Source of the DNA: Nitrospirota bacterium
Lineage (GTDB): Bacteria; Nitrospirota; UBA9217
Reading direction: 5' to 3'
Length of the DNA stretch: 64,000 nucleotides
Assembly (NCBI GenBank): GCA_963790205.1
Contig: CAWBNQ010000005.1
Span: 288,001 to 352,000 of the forward strand
Below are positions 60,089 to 64,000 of this stretch, in pieces. The translations under genes and the position numbers were made by a program. The stretch's first letter is position 1, and every line of letters starts with the position of its first letter. The notes beneath the pieces are model-generated. The model did no database searches. It was not told the origin of the DNA and saw only the letters and a list, made by a program, of their open reading frames with translations.

Positions 60089-60632
60089 TATGCGCTGGCT
60101 GGTGTTTCTTCTGGTTCTGCTCGCCGGATGCGGCGGGATGATGGATGATCTCAATCCCTCAGGCAGCGACAAGCGCCCCCCGGCGCTGCCGGGGACCATC
60201 GGCCCTGCCGTAGGCCAGAATGCGCCCGACTTTACGCTGTCCGATACGCTCGGGAACAGCGTTACGCTGTCGTCTGAACTCACGACCACGAACACGAAGG
60301 GCGTGGTCCTCTTCTTCACCATGTGGTGCCCTCTTTGCGACTCCGACATGAGCAATATGCAAAGTTCCATCATTCCCCCCTTCCCAAACGTGCGTTTTTT
60401 CGCAGTTGACTATGTCTCCGGCAGCGTCGCCGGCGCCGCGAGCGCGGAACTCGACAACGGCTTCGTTGGATCGGGTTTCACGGTCCTGGCAGACACGCAG
60501 CAGACCGTCCTGAACCTGTACCAGGCAACGATGGAGACGACGGTCGTCATCGACAAAACCGGCGTGGTCCGGATGAACGAAAGTTACAAAAACGGAGCGC
60601 GGCTCCAGGCCGTACTCTCCGGATTGCCATGA
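60075..60632 (+). CDS. Redoxin-family lipoprotein
   Basis: LAGC lipobox, APDFTL, FTMWCPLC. Confidence 0.85.
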   Translation: MGFGNMRWLVFLLVLLAGCGGMMDDLNPSGSDKRPPALPGTIGPAVGQNAPDFTLSDTLGNSVTLSSELTTTNTKGVVLFFTMWCPLCDSDMSNMQSSIIPPFPNVRFFAVDYVSGSVAGAASAELDNGFVGSGFTVLADTQQTVLNLYQATMETTVVIDKTGVVRMNESYKNGARLQAVLSGLP

Positions 60633-60664
60633 CCAGGCAAGTTAAATAACCGAAGGAGCATATC

Positions 60665-61132
60665 GTGATGAAAGAAAGGTATATCGTCGTCATACTCGCT
60701 GCTGTCCTGCTCTGCTCAGCCCGAACCATCGTATTTGCCCAGGATGATATCAACGAGCACCGCTCGTGCGTCAACTGCGGTATGGACCGAAAAGCCTACG
60801 GATTCAGCAGAATGCTGATCCAGTACGAAGACGGATCCGCTGTGGGAGTTTGCAGCCTTCACTGCGCCGTCGTCGAGCTCGATGCAAACCCAGGGCGCAA
60901 GGTAAAGGCACTTCTCGTCGCCGACCGGGACTCGCGGACGCTGATCAACGCGGAACAAGCGAATTGGGTCATGGGGGGCGGAAAACGCGGCGTAATGACG
61001 CAACAGCCGAAGTGGGCCTTCCGGTCAAGGGACCACGCCGAAGCGTTCATTAAGGCGAACGGCGGGAAGCTCGTTACCTGGGAAGAAGCGCTCGCTGCCG
61101 CGCGTGAGGAGGCGGCCCGGGGGTCTCGATAG
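60665..61132 (+). CDS. NosL-family copper-binding protein
   Basis: CVNCGM, CSLHC, GVM...AF.....AEAF....GG. Confidence 0.8.
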   Translation: MMKERYIVVILAAVLLCSARTIVFAQDDINEHRSCVNCGMDRKAYGFSRMLIQYEDGSAVGVCSLHCAVVELDANPGRKVKALLVADRDSRTLINAEQANWVMGGGKRGVMTQQPKWAFRSRDHAEAFIKANGGKLVTWEEALAAAREEAARGSR

Positions 61133-61353
61133 CTCTTTTCCCGCCTCACCCGTAAGGGAAAATGACGAGGGCACCCGCGTCTCCTTCGGGCCGATCGTGG
61201 TGGTGCGTAGACCGCAAAGCAGGCCTCCCGTGAACGGACTTTACTTTTTACCCGCTTCACGTTATTATGCACCAAAGGTCAAGCGGCCTGCTTCAGCCTG
61301 AAATGTAAGAGTTCATTCACAGGTGGAAAGTTGCCCTAACACTCCCTTTTTGT

Positions 61354-61812
61354 ATGATGATCACCGGCGTTCATGACCATAAACTCTGCGCAACTGTCGC
61401 ATTGTTCCTTTTCTTTTCCCTGCTTGGCGCGGCGTGCACCAGTCAACAAAAATACGCTTCGCCGACCGTCGTTGGTTCCGCCGTCGTCATAGAGGTATCG
61501 TCTCTTCAGCCTGAAACCCCGCGTTTTTTCACTTACCAATACAACGACAAGAATATCAATTTTTTTGTGCTGCGAATGGACACCGGAGTTCAGTCCTATC
61601 TCGACGCCTGCGCAAGCTGTTATCCTCATAAACGCGGATATCGCTGCGAGGACGGCTCCGTGGTCTGCAGGGCCTGCGGACTGAAATTTTCAGTCTATCA
61701 ACTTGAGAAAGGGCTCGGCGGATGTTATCCGATCAAGCTCGAAGGCAAGCTGGAAAACGGCAGATATCTCATCCCCCTTGCATCGCTGGAGGCGGAGGCG
61801 GGTAAATTTTAA
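61354..61812 (+). CDS. DUF2318-like Fe-S/Cys-rich protein
   Basis: DACASC....GY....VVCRAC...GGCYPI. Confidence 0.75.
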   Translation: MMITGVHDHKLCATVALFLFFSLLGAACTSQQKYASPTVVGSAVVIEVSSLQPETPRFFTYQYNDKNINFFVLRMDTGVQSYLDACASCYPHKRGYRCEDGSVVCRACGLKFSVYQLEKGLGGCYPIKLEGKLENGRYLIPLASLEAEAGKF

Positions 61813-62043
61813 CCACCTTGTACGGCATGACGGCAAACACTGTTATTCGTTTGCAGTCTCTAGAGCCAGGCTCAAACCCACACTGCTCGCGGCTGTGATA
61901 CAGCAGGCTTCGACCACGCCCATGCCGCAGAAGAACGGCCACGTGGTCAAAAAAAATTCCTCAGATCTTGACACAAATCTGAGGAATTCGACCAGGTAAA
62001 ATCAATGACACCGGGGAAACGACACGTCACGTTCGGATCAGCA

Positions 62044-64000
62044 TCACGGCGTCACCAATATGCTGTCAGTATAGCGGGGTGAAATCTTGCCTGCCTGGTT
62101 TTTGTACCATACATACACATACTTGGTCCCTGTGGTAGTGGTATTCAGCGGGTAAGCGTTCACTTCGCTCGCGTATGGGACATAATCGCCGGGCGCGGGA
62201 ACGAGGCCTGTCTGGTTATACGCCATCGACTCGACCGGGTCGTTCGGATCAGCGGCAACGAGAGTAAGGGTGACGGGAGTAGCAGCGCCTGCGTTCTTTA
62301 CGGAAGCATCTCCGTTATTGATTTGAACGGACCCGAGGGGGGCCGAAGTGTCCTGGATCACCCAGACGGATACGGGATCGGTTACCGCTTTGGTGGTCGT
62401 GTCCATTAATTGAACATAGACGCCGCGCGCTCCGCTGCCCGCTGCGAACGTCAGTTTTTTCGAAACGCTCGCGCTGCTAAGCGGTCCCCAGGCAGTCCAG
62501 GTCGAGGCGGTAAGATACCGCGCCTGAATATTGGTACTGGAGCTCACCTCATAGGTAAGCGTTATCGTGGGACTGGTGATCAGGCTTGCCCCTCCGTTGA
62601 TATACATATTGCCGATCGTGTCCGCGAGCGGCCCCTGCCAGATCGCCCCGGTAGCCGAAACCGTGATGCCGGCAGTATAAACCGCGGACTTATTTCCATA
62701 ATCGTCCTTGAATTGCACGTAAACTGTTTTCGTACCCCCGCCGGAAAGGATCACGCTGTCGTCACCCGTGGCAAAAGGCTTCCATGCAGCGGCCGGGTCC
62801 GGATCGCCTGCGAAGGTTGCGCCGGTTTTTATCCGCATCTGGGCGTTGCTCATGTTGTTGTCGAACATGGCGAGATCGAGGTGAACGGCGGTGCCTCCCG
62901 CTCCGGTCTTGACCGTCGCTGTCCCGCCGTTGATTTTCACGTTGCCCGTGGGCTTGATGTTATCGAGGACGATGCCGGAATGGGCCGCGGGCGAGACCCT
63001 GCCCGCGTAATCCTTGACCTGCACAAAAACGTCTCGCTGGCCGTTGACGGTCCCCAGGGCTACGTTCATGGAATCGTTTTGCGGCAGGGTCTGCCAGGCC
63101 GACCAGGCGGAACCAAGGGAAGTGCGTATCTGAAGAGGGACGCCGGCATCGCTGACCGCTGCGGTCACGGCGGTATTGACGGTGTAAGAGGAGTTGCCGT
63201 TCAAAGCGAGACTGTTCACCGCGGGGGCCGCTGGGACAGGAAGCGTTCCAAAGGCCATGGTCCAGTTGCCGAATTCCGCCGCATTGTTATCATAGCTGGT
63301 ATATGCGCTTACCTGGCTGTAGCTGATGCGGAAATAACCTACCTCTCCCCAGCCCGACCCCCAGCTGTTCTTGACGATAAAACAGCTATGCGCATCGTCC
63401 CAGCCCACGATCAGGACGAAATGGTTGCCGTCATAATAGTTAACATTTTGTCCATAAATATTATACCTTGGCCCAGTATAGGAATAAACTCCGGAGGTAT
63501 ACCAATAAAAATCTTCATATACTTTAAACCAGGTTACCACAGGGCCCGAGGTGTAAATAGCATTTTTAATGGTGTTCACATCCGGTGAGGTGACGGTGGC
63601 ATAGCTCCAGCCGCTGATCTTGTAATCATCGGCCGGGTATTCACTGCACGTATACGGATAGTAGCAGTATCCATCGGTCTTCGTATAAGGATAGCAACCC
63701 TCACGTCCCGTGCCGGTGGACGTTAAGAAATTGGCAGCAGTACTTGCAGAGCCTCCGCTGGCGCAATCCCCGGCGCCGCTGCAGGAAAGCACGATCTGTT
63801 CCGAAAAATTGATATCCGTGCCCGGTTTATTAAAGTAGATCAGGGCCTTTGCTTCCATGGCGGCCACCGTGGCAAAGGTAAAGCAACTGCCGCAACTGCC
63901 CTGGTTTCGAACAGGTGTCACAAATTTCCCGCCGTTGTTACGCCAGTCGAAAGAAGCGGGAAGAGCAGTGCCGGTCCCGGGAGCAGCAGCGGCCTTGAAG
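62044..64000 (-). CDS. Papain-like (C1) peptidase with Ig-like repeats (N-terminus outside window)
   Basis: FDWR, RNQGSCGSCFTF, FSEQ, NHFVLIVGW, VKNSWG..WG; repeated D...P.G.V.IN.G units. Confidence 0.92.
   Translation of the reverse strand, partial: FKAAAAPGTGTALPASFDWRNNGGKFVTPVRNQGSCGSCFTFATVAAMEAKALIYFNKPGTDINFSEQIVLSCSGAGDCASGGSASTAANFLTSTGTGREGCYPYTKTDGYCYYPYTCSEYPADDYKISGWSYATVTSPDVNTIKNAIYTSGPVVTWFKVYEDFYWYTSGVYSYTGPRYNIYGQNVNYYDGNHFVLIVGWDDAHSCFIVKNSWGSGWGEVGYFRISYSQVSAYTSYDNNAAEFGNWTMAFGTLPVPAAPAVNSLALNGNSSYTVNTAVTAAVSDAGVPLQIRTSLGSAWSAWQTLPQNDSMNVALGTVNGQRDVFVQVKDYAGRVSPAAHSGIVLDNIKPTGNVKINGGTATVKTGAGGTAVHLDLAMFDNNMSNAQMRIKTGATFAGDPDPAAAWKPFATGDDSVILSGGGTKTVYVQFKDDYGNKSAVYTAGITVSATGAIWQGPLADTIGNMYINGGASLITSPTITLTYEVSSSTNIQARYLTASTWTAWGPLSSASVSKKLTFAAGSGARGVYVQLMDTTTKAVTDPVSVWVIQDTSAPLGSVQINNGDASVKNAGAATPVTLTLVAADPNDPVESMAYNQTGLVPAPGDYVPYASEVNAYPLNTTTTGTKYVYVWYKNQAGKISPRYTDSILVTP

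Noticed and set aside
56968..60632. Selenocysteine recoding in the redoxins
   Set aside because: All CxxC motifs use Cys codons; there is no in-frame TGA at active sites
1..64000. CRISPR array or cas genes
   Set aside because: No regularly spaced direct repeats with unique spacers and no Cas motifs were seen

Overview
The window has three zones. (1) About 1-35 kb is a heavily scarred accessory region. It holds a hemerythrin N-terminus, LuxR, an ahpC-remnant/rrf2/cydAB oxygen-defence locus, a split-Soret cytochrome c module, universal stress proteins and many truncated gene fragments. It also carries intact IS630, IS4 and ISL3 elements, group II intron remnants (an apparent twintron and an ORF-less IIC intron inside an attC site), a c-di-GMP riboswitch upstream of a CHAT/gingipain-like/papain protease cluster, and two-component genes. 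(2) About 35.3-47.6 kb is the backbone of an element integrated at tRNA-Ala(CGC). It combines a phage-like int/xis/XRE/Rep module (three operators, intragenic iterons) with a MOBF relaxase, a type IV coupling protein and a ParM-type partition module, but has no mating-pair genes. (3) About 47.9-64 kb is mostly chromosomal: CAP protein, ridA, IS1182, relA/spoT, frameshifted recJ, tatA, mobA, a probable copper/redox-maturation cluster and a C1 protease. The most striking unexplained structure occurs twice (6.1 kb and 56.2 kb): a promoter driving an apparently leaderless 94-aa ORF with an N-terminal hydrophobic segment, Cys/His motifs and a (R/H)PP end. Each ORF is followed by a conserved RNA with mutually exclusive terminator and antiterminator pairings, upstream of metal/heme-protein genes. 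This suggests a ribosome-arrest, metal-sensing attenuator. All family assignments are from motif recognition by eye; no database searches were run. Several frameshifts could be sequencing errors.
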